From NCBI GenBank assembly GCA_964035545.1, contig OZ037765.1, forward strand, positions 1,178,001 through 1,242,000: a DNA stretch of 64,000 nucleotides. Direction: 5' to 3'. The notes below the pieces were generated by a model that saw only the letters and a list, made by a program, of their open reading frames with translations, did no database searches and was not told the origin of the DNA. This DNA comes from Bugula neritina (lineage: Eukaryota; Animalia; Bryozoa). The translations under genes were made by a program, and so were the position numbers. Positions 13,701 through 28,000 of the stretch are shown piece after piece; positions within the stretch are counted from its first letter, which is position 1, and each line of letters opens with the position of its first letter.

Positions 13701-16252
13701 TGCTCAAGCTGACTAGTAAGGCAAGTAATGACTAAACAGGAAGTAGTATGTCTGCGTTTTCTGGTATCATAACTGTAGTGAGAAAATTCTATCAGCTTTG
13801 CGCCATTCTCTGTGTATTTGAGTTATCCTCCAACTTCAAACACAATTCAGCTGTTTGATACAGACACTGTTGACTTTCCTGTTAACATGAAACATGTTCC
13901 TCACTGTAGAACTCGCTGTTGTAGTTCCACAGAGACTGTATAGACAACTGGCTGCTACACCAACACCCCACGTGTCCAGTAGATGGTCAGATGGTCTGGA
14001 GTAACTTGACTGGTGGTGGAGAGACCTCGAGTGACATCAGACCCAGGAGAGTTCGCAAACAGCAGACTAGACCCAACAATCAAACGAATCAGAACACTGC
14101 TGCCAATAGTGGGCCGTCCTTTGAAATACCTGGCATAGGTGAGTTTAGCCGAAGTATGTGTTATTTGCACACTTTGTTTATAGCAGTTACAGAAAATCAA
14201 ATGTTAATTTGCTCCTAATGTGTGACCTATAGTATTTAGATTGAGCAAATGTTGTAAAAATTGTTTTTTGGCATAATAAATTGAACCATTTCTTCACCTT
14301 CAATGTTGAATCACTCAACTGTGTTGGGAGTTGTTTTTTCATGTCTGAATTTTTTTAACTTTTGGACTTCATGTTGTCATTAGTTGTTGATTGTCAGAAA
14401 AGGATAGTTTTGAGTTGTCAGTCAGTTGTTTAGGTTGAATAAAAGGTAGGAGTAACATGCTAGTAATAGCTACCTTGTACAAACTGCTTGATTTCAGGGA
14501 TTCTACGGAGAGGTTCTGCACCATCAACGAATCTTGACACAACTCAAATTATGTCAGACGTGAGAAGGGCACAATCTAGTGATGTCACTTCGGAACATTC
14601 TAGAAGTATACCTTCTGACACTGCAAACAGGTGTGTGTGTTTCTGTCAGAGCATTCTTTATGTTGTTATTGTTTTTTAAATGTTTCCACTTTATTTATTT
14701 CTTTCTAGTGCTTGTAATGTTGTATTTTGTACTATTTTATATGCAATGAGTTACTATATTTTTATAATATCTTTATATACTTGGATGTAAAATATCATAA
14801 AAAATTACAAAAAATTTTAAGTTTATATTTATATATTTTATCATGCTTTATATTTCTATATTTTTATGATATTTTATACTATTTAAAATAGAGTTTATGG
14901 TAAGCTTTTGGTTTGATCAAGTTAATATTTTAGTTTTTTTGAAAGCCGGTTTCATTTAAACCCAACATATAGTTTGAACCAATGATACTGAAGGATATAA
15001 TTTCTCTATTCCATTAGTTTACAAGCCAGAGATCTCTCCGTTAATCTAGCACAACTATTACTAGCTGATGCTATAGACTTCAATGGACCCTCAGCAGACG
15101 TAGAGCAGAGCTACATAAAATCACAGATCTCTGATTCTCGGCCTCCAGATAGTATTATGGCTGATAGAATAGCCAACAGTAGAACTCAAAGGTTAACCAA
15201 TCACACGACGGTTGAAAGACGCGGCGTCAGCGCTGTCTCAGACTCAGGTGAGTGGTGCATTGTGGTACTGCATTGCATTGTGGTACTGCAATGCATTGTG
15301 GTACTGCACTGCATTGTGGTACTGTACTGCATTGTGGTACTGTACTGCATTGTGGTACTGTATTTTCTAGAATCAGAAAACTTGAGACGCCGACAGAGGA
15401 ACCTGTCGCTGGCTGCCAACACTCGGCTGATGAACAGAAGAATAAAGGAGACAACTTCTACTCCAAGCATCTCTACAGCTCAGGTGTGTTTATTGAATAG
15501 TAGAAGTTTATTCATAAACTTCAAGCTTTTCTATTTTTGCTAGAAGTTTATTGTTTAGTACACAGTTTATATACTTATTATATGTTAACTTTATTCTACC
15601 ATATAATTCTATAACTTTAAATGTTGTCACGGGATATTTTAGCCTGATGGTGCATCTAGTCTATATTTGGGTAGTTTTACCGAAAATAGCCAAAGAATTA
15701 CCGAGCGTCCTTCAAAAGTTGTTAGAGGTCATCGTCATAACAACCACTCCACCAATCACACTCAAGTATGTTTATATCTTAGCTTTGAGAATACATTATA
15801 TACTTTTATAAGGCTCTTTTGGTTTAAGACTAATTTTTTTGTTTTGAATAGTATTAGTTTAATTTTATTTTTGTATTTCAGTTTACTAACTGATGATTCA
15901 TTCATACATTTTGCCAAATTTCATAAGTATTTTTTCTAAACTAAAATTGAACGAAAGAGAGTTTTCTTACCTTTTCAAGCCATGATATTATGATTTATCA
16001 TCTCTTTCATTTCTCAGTTAAAAGTTTCCTATTTCATGTAGAGAAGTTGTGTTCTCACTATCTGCTTCACAGGAATCTCCAGCCCTAGGTCTACATAGCC
16101 TTTCCATTGGTTCAGGAGTTTTAGAGTCTGAAGGAAATAGAGGGACGCGTAGCAGACCTCTCAACACCAAGTCAAAAAAAGTTCACAAGGCTAAGTTACA
16201 TTCACCTAACCTCTCACTACTTGAGCTTACTGGGACAAAGTGTGACGGCTGA
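10789..16252 (+). CDS. ZSWIM2: E3 ubiquitin ligase ZSWIM2/MEX (SWIM-RING-ZZ-RING)
   Basis: Exons from 10789-10935, 11565-11764, 11848-12000, 12220-12462, 12712-12796, 12876-13009, 13352-13521, 13925-14137, then low-complexity exons to ~16252. GPTGFLLKE motif, SWIM finger CTC...CKHICW, RING CPICMEEL...HIKCMKVW...CPYCR, ZZ finger CRGC...CTRC...LCQKC, second RING-H2 CCVCL...LPCRHKFHRDCIDNWL...CPVD. Confidence 0.92.
15256..15362. repeat. 18-bp tandem repeat TGCATTGTGGTACTGYAC filling a ZSWIM2 intron
   Basis: About 6 copies. Confidence 0.95.
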
Positions 16253-17049
16253 CAGCAAGCCCATTTTTTATTTTAATTTTCACATGAATTTCTTGCTCAC
16301 TGGTGCCAATTATTCTTTATTTAGTATTATTTTTGTAATAAATAATAATATTTATTTGTATAATAAACAATTACGTGTGACCGTTATGTTCATGTCTTGG
16401 GAATGACGCAAGATTCACGCCGCAATGGAAATCACAAGAACTCACCCATTATTTTAGATTGGGTATTTAGATTCGATATCTTTTTAGGTTCAAATATCAA
16501 CACAGCATTATTATTTTATGTAATAAGTAACTTTTATATTTCGAAATGCTATAACAAGTATTTGGTGAAATACATTTTGTTACACTTTATTTATATAAGA
16601 CAACTCCACGGTATATGTCGCATTAAAAGAGATTTTGTTAATTATATAAAGTTGACTTTTATTCACAATTGTTTCCCATGCTGCTTTGAACATCTCACCA
16701 TGTCTAGGAGTTCAAAGGAGCAACATAATAAACCACATAATAGGGGGAACACTTATTTGAAAATCCTTTTTTTTCAATTGTCAAAACACACATTGTTTAT
16801 AATTATAGTGATTTTTACAAAATAGGTAAATAAAAACATGACATCAAATTGTATAAATAATTTAAAGCCAATATAAAAATATTTAATATAAAAATTGCAC
16901 AAACTTGCAAATATCAAATTTATAGAAACAATTTCTATAATTCTGAAATAAAAATAATTCTTGGAAACTACTAGTCAATATGAGAATATGAAGAGTAGAA
17001 AACTCCCAACTACAAGAGAAGTAGTATAAGAGAAAACACAAGTGTTGTA

Positions 17050-20000
17050 CTAGTAGTCATGGGAGACTTTATAGGCTCGGAGAATATCGCTGATGGGAGC
17101 TCTGCATACGGGGCAGTTGCCGGAGTCCCCCTTCATCCTCAGGGCACAGGTGTAGCAGGTACAGAGGTGACCACAGCGGTAAAACACTGCATCCGCTTCT
17201 CCCTCCAGACATATGATACACTTTCCCTCATTGGCTCTTCGACTCCTATGTGCCGTGCTATTGGCCGGTGGTGCACTTGTAGCTTGACTAATGGCAGCCG
17301 CCACTTCCTGTCTGATAGATCTCTGGATGTCCATCTGCAAGTCCAGACTCATCTTCAACATTTCCGACAGTTTAGATATCTGCGCCTTCATTGCACACAT
17401 CTCTCTCTGCACGGCTGTGTTACTCTACAATAGAATAGTGAGAATAGTTAGTATAGATATCAACAGTTTAACATGAAATAAAATTAAAATACTTTGAATT
17501 AAACATGACCAACGAAAGTATTAATTATTAATATGAGACATACAAACATACAGGCATATAGATATAGACATAGAGAGACATATAATAAAACATATTATAG
17601 ACATACCTGTGCGTAAGGGATGGAAGCGCTAGCCGTAGCACTGATGACGGACACGGCATCATCCAGCTGCTGGTCGTGAGCTGAGGGTATGCCGAGGTGA
17701 GAGAAGTCGTTGCGTCGTATGTTGCTGACCGGTAAATTGAGAATCTGCTCCTGCACCGCCTGTCCATCAGTACCACTGTCAACCACTCTCGCCTGCAGGA
17801 GATACACCAAAACTTGTAGGGCACAAGTCTAACTGAGAGAAGCAGACGTATAAACTAGAGAAGCAGACGTATAGACTAGAGAAGCAGACGTACAGACTAG
17901 AGAAGCAGACGTACAGACTAGAGAAGCAGACGTATAGACTAGAGATACAGACGTATAAACTAGAGAAACAGACGTATAGACTAGATAAGCAGACGTATAG
18001 ACTAGAGAAGCAGACGTAGAGACTAGAGAAGCAGACGTATAGACTAGAGAAGCAGACGTACAGACTAGAGAAGCAGACGTATAGACTAGAGATACAGACG
18101 TATAGACTAGAAAAGCAGACGTATAGACTAAAAAAGCAGACGTATAGACTAGAGAAGCAGACGTACCATAACATGTCTCTCCAGTCGATTTCTGAAAGGT
18201 GAGTGAAGAGTAGACGAGACGATTTGCCGATGAACCAGCTCACTGATTTCCATTACAAAGTCATCGTGATTCCAATTCTGAATTCTGTCTTCGAGGATGG
18301 AAACAGGAAGTGAGTCATTGTGGGAAGGATCGGGAAGCCTATCGGTTAACATATATTTCAGTTAGTCATCGAAACTTTACATATCACAGCTTCATATTGT
18401 CCCGTACTATTTATCGAGGCAACAAAAAATGACTGATATATGAAACATGATTTGCAAATTTCGTAGATATTATTAATATTATAAAGTTATAATATTCTAC
18501 TTCTAACACCACCCATTACATAACACAGTATTCAAAACTCATTTCACTAGAATTTAGACTTTGAACTACAATGGCTGCTGATAAGGAGATAATTTTTTAT
18601 AATATAACTGATAATGTATAATCTGTATAACTTGCATAAACTACAAACCTTGAGGTGCTTCCACTCTCCACTCTCATAGAGCTCAGTGAAGGCGGTCGGG
18701 GTACTGTAGAGGTCACTGGAGGTGGTGTAGAGGTCACTGGAGGTGGTGGGAGTGCTGCAGAGGTCACTGGAGGTGGTGGTGGTACCACCGAAGGTACGGG
18801 AGCAGCTGTAGATGTTGCTGCTGACAGAGTAGATGTTGCTGCCGATACATTACTTGTAGCCCTAGTTCTCTGAATAGGGGAACTCGAAGAAGACAAGTGA
18901 CTTCTAACGGCACTTTCTAGAGACCTTCTAAAGTGTTGACTCCGCAGCAGTGACGAGACGGACCTACTCTGTAGAAGTCCTTGAACTTCTATGGTGACCT
19001 GCAAAACATAGTCACCTGAACAATAAATTCAATTTCAATATGTCTGCGAATTTCAATCAGCAAAAAACCTTTTAACGAATAAAAGATTTAAATTCACTCC
19101 CACCTAGTAAGATAAATAAGGAAACATAAAGCTGGTGAATAGATAAAATGTTGTATCATTAATTATAAGGGACACTCCATGCTGGTATAACATTTAGTAC
19201 TAATCATTATTCAGAAAATAACAACAAAATTCATAATAAATCAGTAAAGAAATACAAATTATGCAAAAGCTATGATTTTCTGTTAGAAACTATTTATACA
19301 TCAAATAACATGTTCAGCCTACAAGTAAACTGATGAGACAATCACCACAGAATTACAACACAAGTTACTAAACTGCTTGTCTCAATACAAGGAAGTGGCT
19401 TATTCACCATAAAAATGGCACAGAAGTAATTCTAAACACTAATACTATGGTGTCTAGTCAATATTCAATGAATGAACAGCTCATTAAAAGTGTAGAGTGA
19501 CAGCAATTTATCAGCTAAAGCTGTAATTGTTGAAATATCATGCAACACACATTGGTGAGGTGGTCTAAACTCCAAACTGCCCAGCTTTTAATTTGCCCAG
19601 CCAGTGTTAATAGTTTAGCCTAATTTCTATGATTCATATATTTGTAGGATATGATATTTCAGTCCTGCATTCAACTAAACTACTATAATTACTCATGTGA
19701 CATAATAACACTTTGGTGTCACTAAAACAAACTCAAAGTATATATAATATCGCAATAGCTTAGTCATGATGCAGTGTTTGCACTAAGCAAAGCATTGAGA
19801 TATTGCGCAATACAGGTCTATATATTCAACACTGAAAAGGCACTATTCAAATCAATAGGTGGAGTTGGTTATTGACAAAAGATAAGGCTTTACACTAGTG
19901 CCTGCATTGTGAAGGAGATTTCGCAAGAGTAAATCTCTCAGATTTCGCAATATTTTATGACTCAGCTTAGCAACTCATTATTCAAATTGATGCATAATAA

Positions 20001-21035
20001 TTTACTGGTGATAACAAGATTAAGTGTACAGCTGATGGCAGACTAAGTTTGCAGGTGACCACAGACTAAGTTTACAGCTGATCACAGGCTAAGTTTACAG
20101 CAGTATCCTCTAGTGTTATGCTATACTACCTGCTGCGGCCTGTGTTCCTCAACATCGTCTGTGTTGGCTACGGGAGCCGCAGTTTCCTGCAGGTGCAGAC
20201 GTTTACTAAAGAAGTTGTTGACTTTGCCTCTGGAATCTGATCCAGTGACTGGCTTTTCTCCGTGTTCCAAGTTCTTGAGTTCATACATCAACTCACTGCC
20301 AGAAAAACAATGGAAGTTAAAAAATAAAACCATAACTAAAACCTTTCAACTACACATTTAATTACAATATAACACAATTAATTATGGTTTCATAACATGC
20401 ATATTAATTATATATAATACATAGAGGTGAAGCTTCAGTTATCATAAATTTTACTTTAAAAAGTATAAAATTGAGTTGCAGTAAAAATTTAAATGACAAT
20501 AATTAGCATGGAATTGAAGTTGAAATATTTGACACTAAAGCTTATGGTAATCTAGCATACATGTTAATTATAATAAAATAACAATTTCACTTCTAGCTAG
20601 TAGAATTGCTGTGATAATTTGCTGACTAAATATTTACTCCCTTAATGATTAATCAAATGTGCTTCTTTTATCATCTAACAGTAACTTGCATGCACATTCA
20701 GCCATATGTTTATTTTAAATTTGGTGCTACTTGATAAGTAGAAGTAGCACACTCACAGAGACACATGTGACATAACCATTACTAAACTTGAATCACTGTG
20801 AACATCATTATGATTATGATACTAAAAAGTGCCGCTGAAGAAAATGCCTCATGGCAATTTCAGTGTCATGTGAGTGATTCAAACCAAATTTGTTCAGAAC
20901 CAAAAAAAATTCAATTTCATTTTCTTAGTCTTACCATTTTCTTTTTTGTAGCAGAAAATCAACCGGTTCAGGTTGATCTAAAACCGTAGAAAGTTCCTCC
21001 GACGAAGAACTAGAACTACTAGCAATACCAGCCAT
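17050..21035 (-). CDS. Coiled-coil plus C-terminal C3HC4 RING protein (neuralized/MDM2-type RING, no NHR domains), probable E3 ligase
   Basis: Exons ~21035-20935, 20296-20129, ~18998-18650, ~18350-18168, ~17794-17607, ~17426-17050. C-terminus LDLQMDIQRSIRQEVAAA...CIICLEGEADAVFYRCGHLCTCYTCA...CPVCRAPISDILRAY. Internal boundaries approximate. Confidence 0.8.
17836..18165. repeat. 21-bp minisatellite AGAAGCAGACGTATAGACTAG (RING-gene intron)
   Basis: About 16 copies, abutting the donor. Confidence 0.96.
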
Positions 21036-22065
21036 ATTTTAGTATACACTATTGATATTCGAGTTTTCTTTAAAAAATTAGATTAATTATCGCTGCTAGC
21101 TTCCCAACACTTCTGCAGTGACAATGTTAAATGAAAATGACACAGTTGCTGCACCTTTCATACTCTTTTGCACATGTTGCGACATCGATGAGTCATGATT
21201 ACTAATACATACACCATAGCAACCAATCAAATCAAGCCTTTTTTAACAAATTTCCTATTGGATGATTGACGCAATAAAATATCAAAAGTTTATAGCCGCG
21301 CGATAGCAAACCAAGGAAAGACGACTCTTAATAACAGTTACAAACTCAGAAAGCATTTAAAACTCTACACTTGTACTAAATTGACAAATGATATTTGAGA
21401 TAGAACAAAAAGCAAGAGAGAAAGTGGTATATAATCTGTTTGCAACAAGCACTGAGCTTTCAACTTAGACAGTCAAACCCCACTTAAAAAGTTAATAATT
21501 CATTACAAAATGAAGGAAGTAAAAGCCTTTTGAGTGAGGTATTGCTTGGTAACAGTAATAAGAATAGGCTTTCTCCATTTTCTTGGAACAAGACTTTTAG
21601 ATGACTTCAAGCTCAGCAATTAAACAGGGACTCATAAATTGTAAACTGATATTATTATATTTATTGTAGAAAATTTTAGAATTATAAGCACCAGTGTCGG
21701 GAAGAAAGAATTTCATAATTAAAAATTTCTTATATTATTTACAAAATTTGAGCTTGAATATTTCTACTTTAAATTTCAATAAATTATTAAATAATGACTA
21801 AATTAGTTTGTTAACAAAACTTTAAAAAAATTGTCGCTTAAACAATTAAAATATTTTGATAAACTTTACAGTAGTGAGATTATAACATTAATACAAATCA
21901 ACCAACAGACAATCTATATCCTTGAACTCATCTCTTTCTGAGAGATTACAATCTACAAGTCGTCTGCCCCTTGAATCGACCTACATCTACATTATGCTGA
22001 AGTTTGGAAGCTTCTAGAATACGTATGCAGCAGAGTATAGCTTAAAGAGTGTTGCTGACAGAGCA

Positions 22066-25000
22066 TCACGTGTCGTCTAGGAGACTGCTGTCAATACAAG
22101 ATGGCGGAATGAGTCGGAGAGTTAGGTCAGCAGTTGAGAGGAGTTTGTTCCGCCTTCTCTCTGTCTGCTGCCGCCTGAACGCTCCAGCAACTTCCTGAAA
22201 TACCACAATGCATTGCGTATGACTATACAGTACCACAGAGCATTGTAAGCATTTACATGTGATTATAACTACAGCTGCTACACTGTCTATACTCTGTCTA
22301 TACTCTGTCTATATACTGTATATATACACTGTCTATATACAGTCTATATACAGTCTATACACAGTAGTTAACATGCAGTTGCTTACCTGAGAAGCTGGGT
22401 TGTGATTGGTTGAATTTGACACACTATTCATCGCACTGATCTTTCTCTGCAACATAACCTAATGTTATTATTATAATACTGTATTACTATATTATATGGT
22501 ATTACCATATTGTAATATATAGGCCTGTTATATAGATATATAAAACACAATGAAAGTAAAGGGTACAAGCCTTCAACATAGCCTGAGGAACTAACCTGCT
22601 GAGACTGTATTGCGGTGGACTGGGAAGGGTTTGACACACTTTCCCCTCTCTACAAAAGAAAACATAGCTTGACAAAAATCTTTAGACTAAAAACCTGACA
22701 CTCAACACTGAATTGAATCATCAGAATGCCTGATTCCAATATCCAAATATTCTCTATAACGAAGGAAAGCTAAGACCATTCAACTTAACACATGCAATAA
22801 TGAGACACTTTGACTGCTTTATACTGTATATACAACAGAGTTATTTCAGCAAACTTTATGTTGAGAAAGTGGCAATACAGCTATGTATGTAATCCTGATA
22901 ACCAATAGCTTTGATAGGAAGAAAAGATAACTCCACAAAATAAGCAATCAGTTTTCTATTTATAATGTGATGTGATGGATTTGGTTACCTGCAGCCCATG
23001 AGAGGAGGAGGCGGGCCTACTTCTAGTGTGCTCTGATTGGCTACACAAATAGCAGGAGTAGACAACTTCGTCATCCAGTGTGTGAGTATAAGTTCCACTT
23101 CTATCTAGACAGGCTTCATGGAACATGTGACCACATCTGCAATATGTCAGAAGTATTCTACACACACTGGGAGTTGTCTTCTATTTTTATTTATTTAAGC
23201 TCAATTACAATTTTGTTTGATTTTCAGGATTGAAAAAGTGAAAAGCAACAATTGAAATAAATAAGTAATAATTAAAACAAAACAACAACCAGGAGTGAAA
23301 CAGTCAATAGACTGAGCACCTGAAAACTGTGAGCTGAACTCTACTAGGGGTGGACATGACGTGCTTGTTGCAGTATGCACACGTGTCTTTCACAGGAACA
23401 TAGGCTTTGCTATGAAGTGATCTCTTCTCCACTAACTGATTCATTAGATCACCATTCAGCATGCTACTCACTGTAGACATCAGTGTCTGTGAATAAAAAG
23501 CAATATTCATTATAAAACGGCAAAAGAATTCACAGTAATTAGTAAACAGCCGTGGTCTAGGGTTAAATCAGTGATTTAATAAACACAAAGTCATGGGTTT
23601 GAGCCTTAACAAAGGCCATTGGGGATGTTAGGAAGAGCATCCAGTCATAATTGGTCCTGTGCCCCATCTGAATAATGTAAGTCCTTAGCCCGCTTTAACA
23701 AAAACCCATTCCATCAGGGGTTTCCCACAGGGATGACGACTAAAAACTTTCGTGAGTATTTTTCATTATAAAACAGCAGCACAAGAGTTCTCGGTGATTA
23801 GCCTGTGAACTAAAGAGAGCGTTTAGCCTGTGCTCTAGACTCTACCTTCTCGTAGTTATAAGTGCCGAGCATTCCCATCACCAAATCCTTGACGTCTCCG
23901 AATCTCCCCTCACTAAAAGTAAACTCCTTCAGAATCTTAGCCATGATGGCAGGAAGTTCGATGTATCCCATCATGCAGTTCATCACTTGACGGCTGGCAT
24001 CCTTGAACACCGTGACGTGAGAGTTGTCAGACGAGAGTTTGTGTTGAGGTTCTACGACAGCGTCAAGCAGCGGGAACCAGAGAGCCTGCGTTGGTATTTA
24101 TAGTATGTTATATTGAATTATATTATTATAGTATGTTATATTGAATTATATTATTATAGTATGTTATATTGAATTATATTATTATAGTATGTTATATTGC
24201 ATTATATTATTATAATATGTTGTATTGAATTATATTATTATAGTATGTTATATTGAATTATATTATTATAGTATGTTATATTGAATTATATTATTATAGT
24301 ATGTTATATTGAATTATATTATTATAGTATGTTATATTGAATTGTATCATTATTATAGTATGTTATATTGAATTATATTATTATAGTATGTTATATTGCA
24401 TTGTATTATTATAGCATGTTATATTGAATTATATTATTATAATATGTTATATTGAATTATATTATTATAGTATGTTATATTGAATTATATTATTATAGTA
24501 TGTTATATTGAATTATATTATTATAGTATGTTATATTGAATTATATTATTATAGTATGTTATATTGAATTATATTATTATAGTATGTTATATTGAATTAT
24601 ATTATTATAGTATGTTATATTGAATTATATTATTATAATATGTTGTATTGAATTATATTATTATAGTATGTTATATTGCATTGTATTATTATAGCATGTT
24701 ATATTGAATTATATTATTATAATATGTTATATTGAATTATATTATTATAGTATGTTATATTGAATTATATTATTATAGTATGTTATATTGAATTATATTA
24801 TTATAGTATGTTATATTGAATTATATTATTATAGTATGTTATATTGAATTATATTATTATAGTATGTTATATTGAATTATATTATTATAGTATGTTATAT
24901 TGAATTGTATCATTATTATAGTATGTTATATTGAATTATATTATTATAGTATGTTATATTGAATTATATTATTATAGTATGTTATATTGAATTATATTAT

Positions 25001-28000
25001 TATTATAGTATGTTGTATTGTATTATATTATTAAAGTATGTTATATTGAATTATATTGTTATAGTATGTTATATTGAATTATATTATTATAGTATGTTAT
25101 TTTGTATTATACTATTATAGTAAGTTGTATTGAATTACATTATTATAGTATGTTATATTGAATTACATTATTATAGTATGTTGTATTGCATTGTATTATT
25201 ATAGTATGTTGTATTGAATTATATTATTATAGTATGTTATATTGAATTATATTTTTATAGTATGTTATATTGAATTATATTATTATAGTATGTTATATTG
25301 AATTATATTATTATAATATTTTGTATTGAATTATTTTATTATGAGGCATCATGTTATTAAATTATATTTAAATACAGTATATTATGGTACATTACAAGAC
25401 ACCATACTATATAGCATTGTATTGTACTCATATTAAATTGAGATAATTCAAAACTTAGGGTTGTTTTTAACTTCAGTTTTCACTATCAGATTTGAACATC
25501 AAACCTCAAACAGAAAACTTCTTAGAACTCAAACCACAATGCTGGAACAAGCAAGCATTGTGGTTGAAACTGAATTCCACCCAGATGATCTCTAAGCACT
25601 TTTAGTCTACTGGAAAAAAGTGAGAAATGGAAAAAGTGGAGACACTCACCTCACGCTGCTGTTCTGAGAGTCTGCCACAGTTTCTCTGACACAAACCAAT
25701 AGCTTTGAGTAGAAGGCCATCAATTTGCTGACAGAGGAGCGAGATATCTACAGGATATAACATCAGAGAGTGATATCACAGGATATGACATCACAGAATG
25801 ACATGGTAGGATATGACATCACAGAGTGACACAGCAAGTTGTGGCAACACAGAGTGACATCACAGTATATGACATCAGAGAGTGACATGGCGGGATATGA
25901 CATCACAGAGAGACATGGCAGGATATGACATCACAGAAGATAAAACAAGAAAACATGACTCACTGCTAGTGTGTTTTGAGGCTCTTTTATCTGTAATCTG
26001 CTCCATAAATAAGTCAATCTTTTCTTTGAAAGTCTACAGAAAGTATAAAGTTAGAAATTAAAGAAATAAACAAACAAAAATAAGTTGATAAATCAATTAA
26101 ATTTTTAAATCATAGAACCTGAGAAAATAGCTTATATTTTAGTAAAAAACTATTCAAGCCTAACAATTCAGATCTTATAAATTTCACTCCGACAAACACT
26201 TTTGGTCTACTTAGCACGAGATCTAACAAATCTACTTAGCACAAGATCTAACAACTCTACTTAGCACGAGAGTCAACAACTCTACTTAGCACAAGATCTA
26301 ACAACTGGTAGGGGGAACAAAGAGACGTCACCTTCAACATCATATCAAAAGCCTCCTGCACTTTGCCCATTTTCTCCAGAAGGAATGCCATGGAGTCATA
26401 TTGGTGATACTTTTTACAAATCTGAATGTGATAAAATAACCAATGCATAAATTACCTGTTTATTGTAAATTACTCTATGAGAAAATTATCAGGTGAAATA
26501 TGTACATTACTTGTACTAGTAGGTTGAATACTGTATGTTAACAATCAACATAGTAAAGAAGTAGCACTATATTAGTTGTTGTCACTTTCCTAACACCTAC
26601 TTAGTATATGGTATACTGTAAACAAGCATAACACATGACACATGACATGACATGACACATGACAGGGCACATGCCATGACACGTGACATGACATGATACG
26701 TGACATGACATGACACTTGACATGACACATGCCATGACAGGGCACATGACAGGGCAGGTGACAGGGCACGTGACAAGCACCTGGTAGACAGTCTCGTCTG
26801 CATATCCGTGACTCGTTTTCAAGTACATCTCCACCAATGAGCTGTCATATTTGCACATCAACTCGACGTAGATATCGTAGAGCTCAGTGTCGAACATGAT
26901 GGTGTCCCTCGCCTCCCTCTCCGTCACAAGAGCTTGCAACAGCTGGTACTGCGTGCGACCTTCACCTTCCAGTGAGTTGACAACTTGCAGCAGGTTCACT
27001 CTCAGTACGTCAACCAATAGCCTCGCAGTTCTCACTGAGTCACACTCTGTTAGAGGCTAGAGAAACAGATATCACTGGGAGAATAACTCCAATAATATGA
27101 TTGAAGTGAAAATTTCAACCAAATGAGAGCATCACTAGAAAAACTTCAAATAACAAAGGATAAAGCAGACTGCATTAAAACATTAAAACTCCAGTTTACA
27201 GCTATTTTATGGAAAGCTAGATTATTTTCAAAAATAGTACAAAGTAAAGAAAACAAACATATAAAGAGTATATCAGAATCACTACAAGTTTGAGAGTTAT
27301 AAAATCAGAATTTTCCATATTTATGCCAGTTTGTTACTTCTAGCACATTCTATGACCAGGAGACAAACTTTAGTACCTTCAGGTGTGCGAGAGTGACATC
27401 TACGATCTTCTGATGAATAGTGTTAATAAGCTGATCAGTTAGAGTGAGTTCTATGAAGGAGAATGCCTGGTGACAGCGGGTGGGGTCATTGAGATAGGTG
27501 AGTAGGATTTTGTCATGGAGGCCGTATTTCTTGAATATAAACTCACACACCCTGAACCTGTATTACATAGTATACAGTATATAGTATTATATAGTACTTA
27601 GTACACAGTATATAGTATGCAGTGTATACAAGATATAGTAAATAGTATACAGTACATAGTATACAGTATTACACTAAAAGGAAGAAATGAACTCACAGGT
27701 TGGCGTGCTCAGCCATAGCCAATATCTTATCAACATTTATCTGCAGCTCCTTTTCTACAGTTAGCAGTTCAAGGAGAGCTTCCTGTCTCTCTTCCTTGTG
27801 GGAGTCGTCTCCCGGCTTACACAGGAACTCCACAACCTGCAAGGGAAAACCTCTCAGTCACAGCAGAAGGACGTGAGTTTGTGACAGCAGAAAGATGTAA
27901 GTTTGTGACAGCAGAAAGACATGAGTTTGTGACAGGAAGTTGAGCTCACTTCCTGTTTTAGCCGATTCAAATATTTTGCAAAAAATTTTCAGCTTATAAG

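Noticed and set aside
16397-16825. 142-aa ORF between the convergent ZSWIM2 and RING genes
   Set aside because: Non-ATG start, AT-biased composition, lies in 3' UTR territory and has no motifs.
17779-18243. ORF with (SSLYVCF)n
   Set aside because: Read-through of the 21-bp intronic minisatellite.
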